The notes beneath the pieces are model-generated. The model saw only the letters and a program-made list of their open reading frames with translations. It ran no database searches and was not told the DNA's origin. Of a stretch of DNA of 64,000 nucleotides, positions 10,148 through 19,746 are shown in pieces; within the stretch, counting starts at the first letter, position 1; each line of letters opens with the position of its first letter. This DNA is from an uncultured Gemmatimonadales bacterium (GTDB lineage Bacteria > Gemmatimonadota > Gemmatimonadetes > Gemmatimonadales > Gemmatimonadaceae), in contig CAWKNZ010000002.1 in NCBI GenBank assembly GCA_963851265.1, positions 192,001 to 256,000 of the forward strand. Reading direction: 5' to 3'. The position numbers were made by a program, and so were the translations under genes.

Positions 10148-11218
10148 ATGCCTGCTCCCGACCGTCCGCTCGTCGCCGTCGTCGCCGCCCTCACCTTCGC
10201 CGCGGCCGCCGCGGGCGCGTGCAGCAAGGGGCCGCCGGGCGGCGCCGGCGCCGCGGCGTCCGGCCGCCCCGCCAACGCGCCCGCGTTCGCGTCGACGGTC
10301 GTGGCCCCCGACGAAGGCACGGTGCGGCCCGTGGCGCAGGCGCCCAAGCGGCCGCTCCGCATCGCGGTGCTCGGGCTCGAGAGCAGCCAGTTCTGGATCC
10401 CGGTGAAGACGGGGCTCGCGCGCGCCAACAAGGAGCTGCAGGGGCGCGCGACGGCGGAGTGGATCGTCCCGGGCAACGTGCACACGGCCGACGTGTTCGG
10501 CCGCGCGATCGACGCCGCCGTCGCCAAGCAGTACGACGCGATCGCGACGATCGCCGGCGACGCGGGCGTGGCGGCGTACATCGACCGCGCCGTGGCCGCC
10601 GGCGTGCCCGTGGCGACGTTCAACTCCGAGACCGACACGCCCAACCAGCGGCTGTTCTTCGTCGGCGCCGACAGCTACGCGCAGGGCAAGGCGGCCGGCG
10701 AGCTGATGTGCAAGGCGGTCGGGCCTAACGGCAAGGTCGGCGTCATCACCGGCTTCTTCTCGGTCGAGGCGCACGCGGCGCGCGTGAAGGGCTTCGAGGA
10801 CGCGCTCAAGGCGGGCTGCCCGAACGCGGCGGTGGTCGGCCGCGTCGAGAACCGGGACAAGGCCGACGTCGCCTACCAGGAGGCGAAGGACTTCATGACC
10901 GCGCACGCGGACCTCGGCGGCATCATCGCGACCGCCGGGTCGCCGTTCGGCGCGGCGCGCGCGATCGAGGAGGCGGGCAAGGCGGGCAAGGTGCACATGA
11001 TCTCGTTCGACGCGGTGGACGAGACGCTGGACTACGTGGACAAGGGCGTGATCGACGCGACGATCGGGCAGGACCCCGACGCGCAGGGGCACGACCCGAC
11101 GGTCCGCCTCTACAACTACATCGTCGCCGGCCAGCTGCCGCCGGCGGGGCGCCTCGCCACGCGCGCCGACGTGATCACGAAGGCCAACGCGTCCAAGTAC
11201 CGCATCCCCAAGGCCTGA
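10148..11218 (+). CDS. Sugar ABC transporter substrate-binding lipoprotein (RbsB-like)
   Basis: Lipobox-like AGAC; periplasmic binding protein motifs (FVGADS, ISFD, TIGQDP). Confidence 0.88.
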   Translation: MPAPDRPLVAVVAALTFAAAAAGACSKGPPGGAGAAASGRPANAPAFASTVVAPDEGTVRPVAQAPKRPLRIAVLGLESSQFWIPVKTGLARANKELQGRATAEWIVPGNVHTADVFGRAIDAAVAKQYDAIATIAGDAGVAAYIDRAVAAGVPVATFNSETDTPNQRLFFVGADSYAQGKAAGELMCKAVGPNGKVGVITGFFSVEAHAARVKGFEDALKAGCPNAAVVGRVENRDKADVAYQEAKDFMTAHADLGGIIATAGSPFGAARAIEEAGKAGKVHMISFDAVDETLDYVDKGVIDATIGQDPDAQGHDPTVRLYNYIVAGQLPPAGRLATRADVITKANASKYRIPKA

Positions 11219-11230
11219 GCGCGCCCCGCG

Positions 11231-12808
11231 ATGTCGAACGCCCCGGCGACGCCGCCGCTCCTCGACGCGGTCGGCGTGCACAAGCGCTACGGCGGGGTGC
11301 ACGCGCTGCGCGGCGTGAACCTCGACGTCCGCGCCGGCGAGGCGCACGCGCTCTGCGGCGAGAACGGCGCGGGCAAGAGCACGCTCATCAACGTGCTCGC
11401 CGGCGCGGTGCGCCGCGACGAGGGGCGCGTGGTGTTCGGCGGGCGCGAGGTCGACTTCCGCACGCCCTCGGAGTCGCAGGCCGCGGGCATCGCGGTCATC
11501 CACCAGGAGCTCGCCACGATTCCCGCGCTCTCGGTGGCGGAGAACCTGTTCATGGGGCGGCTGCCCACGCGGGGCCGCCTGCTCGACCGGCGCACGATGC
11601 ACGAGCGGGCGCGCGCGCTCGTCGCCGACGTCGGCCTCGCGGTGGACCCGCGCACGCCGGTCCGCGACCTGAGCCTGAGCAACCAGCAGCTCGTCGAGAT
11701 CGCCAAGGCGCTCTCGCAGCAGGCGCGGCTCATCATCATGGACGAGCCCTCGGCGTCGCTCACCGAGCACGAGACGCAGCACCTGCTCGACCTCGTGCGG
11801 CGGCTGCGGTCGCAGGGGGTGGCGATCCTCTACGTGTCGCACCGGCTGCACGAGGTGTTCGCCGTGTGCGACCGCATCACCGTGTTTCGCGACGGCGCTT
11901 CCGTGCGCACGGTCGACACCGCCGACGTCACGCCAGCGGCGGTCGTCGGACTGATGGTGGGGCGCGAACTCGCGGCCGCCGCGGCGCACCACGAGGCGCA
12001 CGCGGCGGGCGAGGCGGTGCTCGAGGTGCGCGGTCTCAGCACCCGTCGGGGCGCGGGACGCGGCGGCGCGACGCGAGGCCGCGCGACGCGAGGCGGCACG
12101 ACCGGCGACGGTGGCTCGGTGCCGCTCGACGACGTGAGCCTGACGGTGCGCCGCGGCGAGATCGTCGGCATGGCGGGCCTCGTCGGCGCGGGGCGCTCCG
12201 AGGTGGCGCGCGCGATCTTCGGCGCCGACCCCTTCGAAGCGGGGGAGATCCGCCTCGCGGGCCGGCCCGTGCGCTTCCGGTCGCCGGCGGACGCGATCGC
12301 GGCGGGCGTCGGCATGGTGCCCGAGGACCGCAAGGGGCTCGCCCTCTTCCTCGACAAGCCGGTGCGCTGGAGCGTGTCGATGGCCACCCTCCCCACGTTA
12401 GGCCGGGGCGGCGTCATCGCGCTCGGGCGCGAGCGCGCGCTGGCCGAGGACTACGTGCGGCGGCTGCGCGTGCGGACCCCGGGGATCGAGGCGCCGGTGC
12501 GCTCGCTCTCCGGCGGCAACCAGCAGAAGACGGTGCTCGCGCGCTGGCTCGCGACCGGCCCCAGACTGCTCATCCTCGACGAGCCGACGCACGGGGTGGA
12601 CGTCGGGGCCAAGGCGGAGATCTACGAACTGGTGCGGTCGCTCGCGCGCGAGGGGATCGCGATCCTCCTCATCTCGTCCGAGTTGCCCGAGGTGCTCGAC
12701 CTGAGCGACCGCATCGTCGTGATGCGCGGCGGCCGGGTGGCCGCGACGCTGGGCCGCGCCGAGGCCGACGAGCGGACGGTGATGCTGCACGCCACGGGGA
12801 CCGAATGA
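11231..12808 (+). CDS. Sugar ABC transporter ATP-binding protein with two ABC domains (RbsA/AraG family)
   Basis: GENGAGKST, DEPS, GLVGAGRSE, LSGGNQQK and DEPT.GVDVGAK motifs. Confidence 0.95.
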   Translation: MSNAPATPPLLDAVGVHKRYGGVHALRGVNLDVRAGEAHALCGENGAGKSTLINVLAGAVRRDEGRVVFGGREVDFRTPSESQAAGIAVIHQELATIPALSVAENLFMGRLPTRGRLLDRRTMHERARALVADVGLAVDPRTPVRDLSLSNQQLVEIAKALSQQARLIIMDEPSASLTEHETQHLLDLVRRLRSQGVAILYVSHRLHEVFAVCDRITVFRDGASVRTVDTADVTPAAVVGLMVGRELAAAAAHHEAHAAGEAVLEVRGLSTRRGAGRGGATRGRATRGGTTGDGGSVPLDDVSLTVRRGEIVGMAGLVGAGRSEVARAIFGADPFEAGEIRLAGRPVRFRSPADAIAAGVGMVPEDRKGLALFLDKPVRWSVSMATLPTLGRGGVIALGRERALAEDYVRRLRVRTPGIEAPVRSLSGGNQQKTVLARWLATGPRLLILDEPTHGVDVGAKAEIYELVRSLAREGIAILLISSELPEVLDLSDRIVVMRGGRVAATLGRAEADERTVMLHATGTE

Positions 12809-14643
12809 CGGCGACGCACGACGCCCACGACGCATCCCGCTACGCGGTCGGGGTCGACTACGGCACCAACTCGGTGCGCGCGCTCGTCGTCGACGTGCGG
12901 ACGGGAGAGGAGCTGGGCACGGGGGTGTTCGACTACCCGTCGGGCGCGCGCGGCATCCTGCTCGACCCCGACGACCCCGAGCTCGCGCGGCAGAACCCGC
13001 GGGACTACCTCGACGGGCTGGAGCAGAGCGTGCGCGCGGCGCTCGCCACGGCCGCGCGGCGCGGCGGGTTCGACGCGGCGCGCGTGGTCGGCGTCGGCGT
13101 CGACACCACGGGTTCGACGCCGATCCCGGTCGACGCAAACGGGCGCCCGCTCGGCCTGGACGAGCGCTTCCGCGGCCGCATGGCGGCGCAGGTGTGGCTG
13201 TGGAAGGACCACACGTCGCACGCGGAGGCCGCACGCCTCACGGAGGTCGCGGCCGCCCAACGCCCGCACTACCTCGCCAAGTGCGGCGGCCGCTACAGCT
13301 CGGAGTGGTTCTGGGCGAAGATCCTGCGCTGCGCGCGGACCGACCCCGAGGTGTTCGACGCCGCGCACACGTGGGTCGAGCACGCGGACTGGATCCCGGC
13401 CGTGCTGACGGGCACCGAGCGGCCGGACCAGCTGCGCCGCGGGATCTGCGCCGCCGGGCACAAGGCGATGTACCACGCCGACTGGGGCGGCTACCCGGAC
13501 GAGGCGTTCGTCGCCGCGCTCGACCCGCGGCTGGTGCGCGTGCGGCGCACGCTGCCCGAGCGCACGTACAGCGTGGCCGAGCCCGCGGGGCGCCTCACGG
13601 ACGCGTGGGCGGCGCGGCTCGGGCTGCCCGCGGGGATCCCGGTCGCGGTCGGGGCGTTCGACGCGCACCTCGGCGCGGTGGGCGCGGGCATCCGCGAGGG
13701 AACGCTCGTCAAGATCATCGGGACCTCGACGTGCGACCTCATGATCGCGCCGTTGGGGCGCGGCGTCGCCGACGTCCCGGGGCTCTGCGGCATCGTGCCC
13801 GAGAGCGTGCTCCCGGGCGCGTACGGGCTCGAGGCCGGGCAGAGCGCGGTGGGCGACATCTTCGGCTGGCTCGTCGACACGGTGCGGCCGGCCAACCAGG
13901 GCCACGCGGAGCTGACCGCGGACGCCGCGCGGCTCGCGCCGGGCGAGAGCGGCGTGCTCGCGCTCGACTGGTGGAACGGCAACCGCACGGTGCTCGTCGA
14001 CCAGCGCCTCACGGGTCTCATGCTCGGCCTCACGCTCCACACCACGCCCGCGGAGATGTACCGCGCGCTCGTCGAGGCCACGGCGTTCGGCGCGCGCGTG
14101 ATCATGGAGCGCTACGAGGAGTACGGCGTTCCCGTCGCGCGCATCGTGAACTGCGGCGGCATCGCGGAGAAGAACCCGTTCGTGATGCAGATCTACGCCG
14201 ACGTGATGGGGCGCCCGGTGCAGATCTCGCGCTCCGCGCAGACCTGTGCGTTAGGCTCGGCGGTGGCGGGGGCCGTGGTCGCGGGGGTGGACGCGGGCGG
14301 GCACGCCGACTTTACCCGGGCCGCGGCGGCGATGACCGGCGTGCGCGACGAGGTGTTCACGCCCGTCCCGGCGCACCAGGCGATCTACGACCGCCTGTAC
14401 GCGCTGTACCGCCGGCTGCACGACGCGTTCGGCCTGCCGGACGGCCTGCCGGACGGGGGGGCGTCCGGGGGTGCGGGCGGCGACATGTACGGCGTGATGA
14501 AGGCGCTGCTCGACGTGCGCGACGCCGCCCTGCGCGGCGCCGGCGCGGACGCGCAGCGCGACGCGCGGCTGGCCGACGCCGATCGGTCGCCGACGGACGG
14601 CGCCGAGGCGCCGGCGCACGCCCACGCCGGGACGGAGGGCTGA
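12805..14643 (+). CDS. araB: L-ribulokinase
   Basis: ATGA overlap with the upstream stop; GVDYGTNSVRA, DTTGSTP, WKDHT, YSSEWFWAK, DWWNGNR and EATAFG motifs. Confidence 0.92.
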   Translation: MTATHDAHDASRYAVGVDYGTNSVRALVVDVRTGEELGTGVFDYPSGARGILLDPDDPELARQNPRDYLDGLEQSVRAALATAARRGGFDAARVVGVGVDTTGSTPIPVDANGRPLGLDERFRGRMAAQVWLWKDHTSHAEAARLTEVAAAQRPHYLAKCGGRYSSEWFWAKILRCARTDPEVFDAAHTWVEHADWIPAVLTGTERPDQLRRGICAAGHKAMYHADWGGYPDEAFVAALDPRLVRVRRTLPERTYSVAEPAGRLTDAWAARLGLPAGIPVAVGAFDAHLGAVGAGIREGTLVKIIGTSTCDLMIAPLGRGVADVPGLCGIVPESVLPGAYGLEAGQSAVGDIFGWLVDTVRPANQGHAELTADAARLAPGESGVLALDWWNGNRTVLVDQRLTGLMLGLTLHTTPAEMYRALVEATAFGARVIMERYEEYGVPVARIVNCGGIAEKNPFVMQIYADVMGRPVQISRSAQTCALGSAVAGAVVAGVDAGGHADFTRAAAAMTGVRDEVFTPVPAHQAIYDRLYALYRRLHDAFGLPDGLPDGGASGGAGGDMYGVMKALLDVRDAALRGAGADAQRDARLADADRSPTDGAEAPAHAHAGTEG

Positions 14644-14644
14644 C

Positions 14645-15358
14645 GTGGCGCACGAGGCGCTGAAGGAGGCCGTCTGGCGCGCGAACCTCGACCTCGTCGC
14701 GTCGGGGCTCGTCGTGCTGACGTGGGGCAACGTGAGCGGCGCGGACCGGACCGCCAACGGCGGCGAGGGCGTGATGGCGATCAAGCCGAGCGGCGTGGCG
14801 TACGAGGCGATGCGGCCGGAGGACATGGTCGTGGTCTCGCTCGCGTCGGGCGAGGTCGTGGACGGCGCGCTGCGGCCGTCGTCCGACACGCCGACGCACC
14901 GCCACCTCTACCGGCAGTGGCCAGCGTTAGGCGGCGTGACGCACACGCACAGCCCGCACGCGGTGAGCTGGGCGCAGGCCGAGCGCGACGTGCCGTGCTT
15001 CGGGACGACGCACGCCGACCACTTCTACGGCCCGGTGCCGACCACGCGCCGCCTGCGCGACGACGAGGTGCGCGGCGCGTACGAGCACAACACCGGGGTC
15101 GTGATCGCGGAGTGCTTCCGCGAGCGCGGCCTGGATCCCGTGGCCGTGCCGGGCGTGCTGGTGGCCGGGCACGGGCCGTTCGCGTGGGGCGCGTCGCCGC
15201 GCGACGCGGTGGACAACGCGATCGCGCTCGAGTCGGTCGCGCACATGGCGCTCAACACGCTGCGGCTGAACCCGGACGCGCCGGGGATCGACCAGGTGTT
15301 GCTCGACAAGCACTACCTGCGCAAGCACGGCGCGGGCGCGTACTACGGGCAGGGCTGA
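14645..15358 (+). CDS. araD: L-ribulose-5-phosphate 4-epimerase
   Basis: TWGNVS, IKPSGV.Y, PSSDTPTH, HTHS, GTTHADHF and DKHY.RKHG..AYYGQ motifs. Confidence 0.95.
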   Translation: MAHEALKEAVWRANLDLVASGLVVLTWGNVSGADRTANGGEGVMAIKPSGVAYEAMRPEDMVVVSLASGEVVDGALRPSSDTPTHRHLYRQWPALGGVTHTHSPHAVSWAQAERDVPCFGTTHADHFYGPVPTTRRLRDDEVRGAYEHNTGVVIAECFRERGLDPVAVPGVLVAGHGPFAWGASPRDAVDNAIALESVAHMALNTLRLNPDAPGIDQVLLDKHYLRKHGAGAYYGQG

Positions 15359-15458
15359 CGTCCGGCGCGCCGCGCGGAACGACGGTGGCTCCGCCCGTCG
15401 CTCATCCTCCTCGATCGCTCCCTCGATCGATCCCCCACCGCTCTCTCGACCGCTCCCC

Positions 15459-17015
15459 GTGCTCCGCCGACTCCTCGCCGCCGCCCTCCTCGCCCTCGGC
15501 GTCGCCGCCCGCCCCGCCGCCGCGCAGGCGCCCGCCGCGACCGACACCCGCCTCGTGATCGACGCCGACCTCGGCCGCGACACGATCAGCCGCCACGTGT
15601 ACGGCCAGTTCGCCGAGCACCTCGGCCGCGACATCTACGACGGCGTGTGGACGAAGGCGGGTGGCGGCCCGTGGCACCTGCGAGACGACGTGATCCAGGC
15701 GCTGCGGAAGATCGAGGTGCCCAACGTGCGCTGGCCGGGCGGCTGCTACGCCGACTACTACCACTGGCGCGACGGCGTGGGCCCCGCGGCGCGGCGCCCC
15801 AAGATGGTCAACACCGTGTGGGGCAACGCGGTCGAGGACAACAGCTTCGGCACGCACGAGTACATGGAGCTCGTCCGCCGGCTCGGCGCCGAGCCGTGGG
15901 TGGTGGGGAACGTCGGCACCGGGAGCCCGCGCGAGATGGCCGAGTGGTGGGAGTACGTCAACCACCCCGGCGGCAGCACGGTGAGCGCGGAGCGCGCCGC
16001 GAACGGCCACCCCGCGCCGTTCAACGTGCGGCGCTGGGGCGTGGGCAACGAGAGCTGGGGGTGCGGCGGCGAGATGCGGCCGGAGTTCTACGCCGACCAG
16101 TTCAAGCGGTTCGCGACCTTCCTGCGGCCGTTCAACGACTCGACGCACGTGTTCCGCATCGCGACCGGGCCCAACGTCGACGACTACAACTGGACCGACG
16201 TGGTGATGCGCGACGCCGGGCGCATGATCGACGGGCTCGACATGCACTACTACACGCTGGCCGGCACGTGGGCGCACAAGGGGTCGGCGACGCGGTTCGG
16301 CGAGCGCGAGTACTTCACGACCATGCAGCGCGCGCTGCACATGGACGAACTCGTGACGCGGCACGCGGCGGTCATGGACCGGTACGACCCGCAGAAGCGC
16401 GTGGCGCTCATCGTCGGCGAGTGGGGGATGTGGCACGACGTGGAGCCGGGCACCAACCCCGGCTTCCTCTACCAGCAGAGCACCCTGCGCGACGCGATGG
16501 TCGCGGCGGCCACGCTCGACATCTTCAACCGCCACGCCGACCGCGTGCGCGGGGCGAACATCGCGCAGATGGTGAACGTGCTGCAGGCGATGGTGCTGAC
16601 GCGCGGACCGCAGATGCTGCTCACGCCGACCTACCACGTGTTCGAGATGTACACGGTGCACCACGACGCGGTGTCGCTCCCCATCGCGGTGGGCGACGCG
16701 GGGCACTACGCGTTCGGCGGGGATTCGATCCCGGCCGTGAGCGCGTCGGCGTCGCGCGACCGGCGGGGCGTGGTGCACGTGACGATGAGCAACCTGGACC
16801 CCAACCGCGCGCGCACCGTGAGCGCCGAACTGCGCGGGGTGCGCGTGAGCGCGGCGACCGGGCGGATCCTCACCGCGCCGACGATCGCGGGCTACAACAC
16901 GTTCGAGCAGCCCGACGCGGTGCGTCCGGCGGCGTTCACCGGCGCGCAGGTCGCCGACGGGCGGCTCACCGTGGCGCTGCCGCCGCGGTCGGTGGTCGTG
17001 CTGGAGCTGCGGTGA
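15459..17015 (+). CDS. abfA: Secreted alpha-L-arabinofuranosidase (GH51)
   Basis: Signal peptide; YGQFAEHLG, RWPGGC.AD.YHW, GVGNESWGCGG, EWG.W and NIAQMVNVLQ motifs. Confidence 0.92.
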   Translation: MLRRLLAAALLALGVAARPAAAQAPAATDTRLVIDADLGRDTISRHVYGQFAEHLGRDIYDGVWTKAGGGPWHLRDDVIQALRKIEVPNVRWPGGCYADYYHWRDGVGPAARRPKMVNTVWGNAVEDNSFGTHEYMELVRRLGAEPWVVGNVGTGSPREMAEWWEYVNHPGGSTVSAERAANGHPAPFNVRRWGVGNESWGCGGEMRPEFYADQFKRFATFLRPFNDSTHVFRIATGPNVDDYNWTDVVMRDAGRMIDGLDMHYYTLAGTWAHKGSATRFGEREYFTTMQRALHMDELVTRHAAVMDRYDPQKRVALIVGEWGMWHDVEPGTNPGFLYQQSTLRDAMVAAATLDIFNRHADRVRGANIAQMVNVLQAMVLTRGPQMLLTPTYHVFEMYTVHHDAVSLPIAVGDAGHYAFGGDSIPAVSASASRDRRGVVHVTMSNLDPNRARTVSAELRGVRVSAATGRILTAPTIAGYNTFEQPDAVRPAAFTGAQVADGRLTVALPPRSVVVLELR

Positions 17016-17053
17016 CGCGCGGCACCCGTTAGACGCACGCGGCGCGCGCCGGC

Positions 17054-18031
17054 GTGACGCTCGACGCGGTGGCGAGGCGGGCCGGCGTCTCGACGGCGAC
17101 GGCCTCGCGCGTGCTCAACGGCGCGGGCGGCGTCCGGCCGGGCACGCGCGAGGCCGTGCTGCGCGCGGCCGAGGCGCTCAATTACACGCCCAACCTCAAC
17201 GCGCGCGCCCTCGCCGGGGCGCAGCCGCGCACGCTCGGCGTGGTGGTGTCCAACATCGCCAACCCGTTCTTCCTGGACATCTTCCGCGGCGTCGAGGCCG
17301 GCGCGCGCGCGCGCGGCTACGACGTGATCGTCGCGAACACGGACTACGAGCCCGACCGGCTCGCGTCGAGCGTCGCCGCGATGCTCGGCCGCCGCGTGGC
17401 GGGACTCGCGCTCGTCGTCTCCGAGACGGTCCCGCCGGTGGTCGGCGCGCTCGCCGCCAAGGGCAGCCCGGTGGTGCTCTACGACGGCGGGTCACACCGC
17501 ATGCGCGGCGTGCCCAACATCCGCGCCGACTACCGTGGCGGCATGGCGCGCATCGTCGAATACCTGCACGGGCTGGGGCACCGGCGCATGGCGTTCATCG
17601 GGCACCATTCGCGCCTGGGGCCGCTGCACGACCGCCGGCGGGCGTTCGTGGCCGCGGCCGCGGAGTACGCGCCGCGCGTGCGCGTGATGACGGTCGACAG
17701 CACGGACGGGATGGCCGGCGGGCGCGACGGCATCCGGCACGTGCTCGACGTGGGCTTCCGGCCGACGGCGGTGGCGTGCGTCAACGACCTCATGGCGTTG
17801 GGCGTGCTGCACGAGCTGCACGCGAGGCGGATCGCGGTGCCCGGCGAGGTGGCGGTGACGGGGTTCGACAACATCGCGCTCGCGGAGTTCGCGTATCCGC
17901 CGTTGACGACGGCGGACGTGCCGCGAGGGGTGATCGGCGAGTTGATCTGCGACGCGCTGCTGGACGGCGAGGGCGGAGAGGTGGTGGTCGAGACGCCGCT
18001 GGTGGTGAGGGAGTCGACGCGTCCGTCGTAG
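17054..18031 (+). CDS. LacI-family transcriptional regulator
   Basis: HTH TLDAVARRAGVSTATASRVLN, Y.PN..ARAL hinge, ND.MA.G, GFDNI and PLTT motifs. Confidence 0.93.
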   Translation: MTLDAVARRAGVSTATASRVLNGAGGVRPGTREAVLRAAEALNYTPNLNARALAGAQPRTLGVVVSNIANPFFLDIFRGVEAGARARGYDVIVANTDYEPDRLASSVAAMLGRRVAGLALVVSETVPPVVGALAAKGSPVVLYDGGSHRMRGVPNIRADYRGGMARIVEYLHGLGHRRMAFIGHHSRLGPLHDRRRAFVAAAAEYAPRVRVMTVDSTDGMAGGRDGIRHVLDVGFRPTAVACVNDLMALGVLHELHARRIAVPGEVAVTGFDNIALAEFAYPPLTTADVPRGVIGELICDALLDGEGGEVVVETPLVVRESTRPS

Positions 18032-18052
18032 CGTTCGCCGCGCCGCGGCCCT

Positions 18053-18571
18053 TTACCGCAACAGCCCTTCTGCACACGCCTCCCGTACCGCGACCACCGT
18101 CGCCCGGGGAGGGAGCTGCGCCCCGATGGCGTTCGTCGTGAACGCCGAGACGATCCCGCTCAGCGTGTCCCGCCCCGCGGGCGAGGCGAGCAGACGGTAC
18201 CCGCCGCCGCCCGTGGACCAGATCACGCTCACCGCCTGCCGGCCGTCGGCCGTCCAGGCAGACGGGAAGACCGGCGACGACGAGGAGGACTCGCGGGCGA
18301 GGTTGGGTCGCACCGGGTAGATCGGCGTCCCGCTGGTGCTATCGGGCTCGCCCACGAGGCGGATGTGCAGCGGCAGGCCCGCCGGGAACCCTCCTCCGCC
18401 GAACGGCCCGCGCGACCAGCGGCCGAGCGTGAGCGCGTAGCAGCCCGCGAGACGGCCGATCGCGCCGCGCGACACCGCACCGCCCGACGGCAGCCCCACC
18501 GTCCGCCCCGCGCATGCGCCGGCCGCCGCGCCGGCGCCCGCGCACGCGACCGCCAGGAGCGCTGCCTCCAT
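18053..18571 (-). CDS. Hypothetical exported/lipoprotein
   Basis: ATG after GAGG, 9 bp from the tsaC stop; hydrophobic N-terminus ending AGAC. No family recognised. Confidence 0.55.
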   Translation of the reverse strand: MEAALLAVACAGAGAAAGACAGRTVGLPSGGAVSRGAIGRLAGCYALTLGRWSRGPFGGGGFPAGLPLHIRLVGEPDSTSGTPIYPVRPNLARESSSSSPVFPSAWTADGRQAVSVIWSTGGGGYRLLASPAGRDTLSGIVSAFTTNAIGAQLPPRATVVAVREACAEGLLR

Positions 18572-18579
18572 GCGGGCCC

Positions 18580-19638
18580 TCACGCCGCCGCCCGCGCGAT
18601 TCGGTCGCGCACCCCCGCCCACGCCGGCGTGTCGGGCGGGCGCTCGACCAGCGCCACGTCGCAGCCCGCGGCGTCGAGCGCGTGGAGCGCCGCGTAGAGC
18701 CGGCTCGCGTAGCCCGCCGGGTCCGCGGGGAGCACGTCGACGAGGTCGGGCGGGGCGCCCGACGCGTCACTCCACGGCGCGAGCAGCAGTGCGCCCGCGC
18801 GCGCGCCCGGGTGGCCGGGCCGCCACGCGGCGAGCCGTGCGGCCGCGTCGCGCCGCCGCCCCTGGTCGAACGCCCAGACCGCCGCGCGCGGCGCGTAGTG
18901 GCGCGCGACCATCCCCGGCGCGAGGCGGGGCGCGTCGGGCGCCGCGTCGTCGGCGGCCGGCGCCGGCGCGAGCGTGGTGCCTAACGCAGCCTCCAGGCGC
19001 GCGGGGTCGAGCGTGCCCGGCCGCAGCAGGCGCGGCGGCCCGTCGCCGCGCGCGACGCCGGTGAGGTCGACCACCGTGCTCTCGATGCCCACCGCCGTCG
19101 GGCCGCCGTCGAGCACGAGGTCGACGCGCGAGCCGAGCGCGCGGACGACGTGCGCGGCGGTGGTCGGCGACAGCTCCGTGTAGCGGTTGGCGCTCGGCGC
19201 CGCCACCGGGACGCCGGCGGCGCGCACGAGCGCGAGCGCCACCGGGTGCGCCGGCACGCGCACGGCGACCGCCGGGAGGCCGGCGGTGAGGGCGTCGGGC
19301 ACGTGGGCGCGCTTGGGCAGCACGAGCGTGAGGGGGCCGGGCCAGAACGCGGCGGCGAGGCGGTCGGCGGCGTCGGGCCAGCGGGTGACCAGGGCGCGGG
19401 CGTCGGCCGCGTCGGCGACGTGGGCGATCACCGGGTTGAAGCTCGGGCGCCCCTTGGCGGCGAAGATCCCGCGCACCGCGTCGGCGTCGAGCGCGTTGGC
19501 GCCGAGTCCGTAGACGGTCTCGGTGGGGAAGGCGACGAGCCGGCCGGCACGGAGGAGGGCCGCGGCGCGCGCCAGGGCGGCGGTCGCGGCGGGCGCGTCG
19601 AGGGCGGTGGGATCGACGGCGAGGACGGGCGGCGACAT
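18580..19638 (-). CDS. tsaC: L-threonylcarbamoyladenylate synthase (Sua5-type)
   Basis: VAFPTETVYGLGA, KGRP..NP, FWPGPLT, APSAN, GIESTV, PGM...HYAP and a C-terminal SUA5 domain. Confidence 0.95.
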   Translation of the reverse strand: MSPPVLAVDPTALDAPAATAALARAAALLRAGRLVAFPTETVYGLGANALDADAVRGIFAAKGRPSFNPVIAHVADAADARALVTRWPDAADRLAAAFWPGPLTLVLPKRAHVPDALTAGLPAVAVRVPAHPVALALVRAAGVPVAAPSANRYTELSPTTAAHVVRALGSRVDLVLDGGPTAVGIESTVVDLTGVARGDGPPRLLRPGTLDPARLEAALGTTLAPAPAADDAAPDAPRLAPGMVARHYAPRAAVWAFDQGRRRDAAARLAAWRPGHPGARAGALLLAPWSDASGAPPDLVDVLPADPAGYASRLYAALHALDAAGCDVALVERPPDTPAWAGVRDRIARAAA

Positions 19639-19682
19639 GGTGGGGAAGGTAGGGCGACTGCGGGGCGCGGGGCGCCTCACCC

Positions 19683-19740
19683 TTGACACCCGCCGGTCCC
19701 GGCGGGACGTTCCGCGCGCCGCTCCCCCGTACCCCAGGAG
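19683..19740 (+). promoter_or_regulatory. Candidate promoter and RBS of the TonB-receptor operon
   Basis: TTGACA at 19683-19688, perfect inverted repeat CCCGCCGG-TC-CCGGCGGG at 19689-19706, AGGAG at 19736-19740. The -10 element is weak. Confidence 0.4.
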
Positions 19741-19746
19741 CAACAA

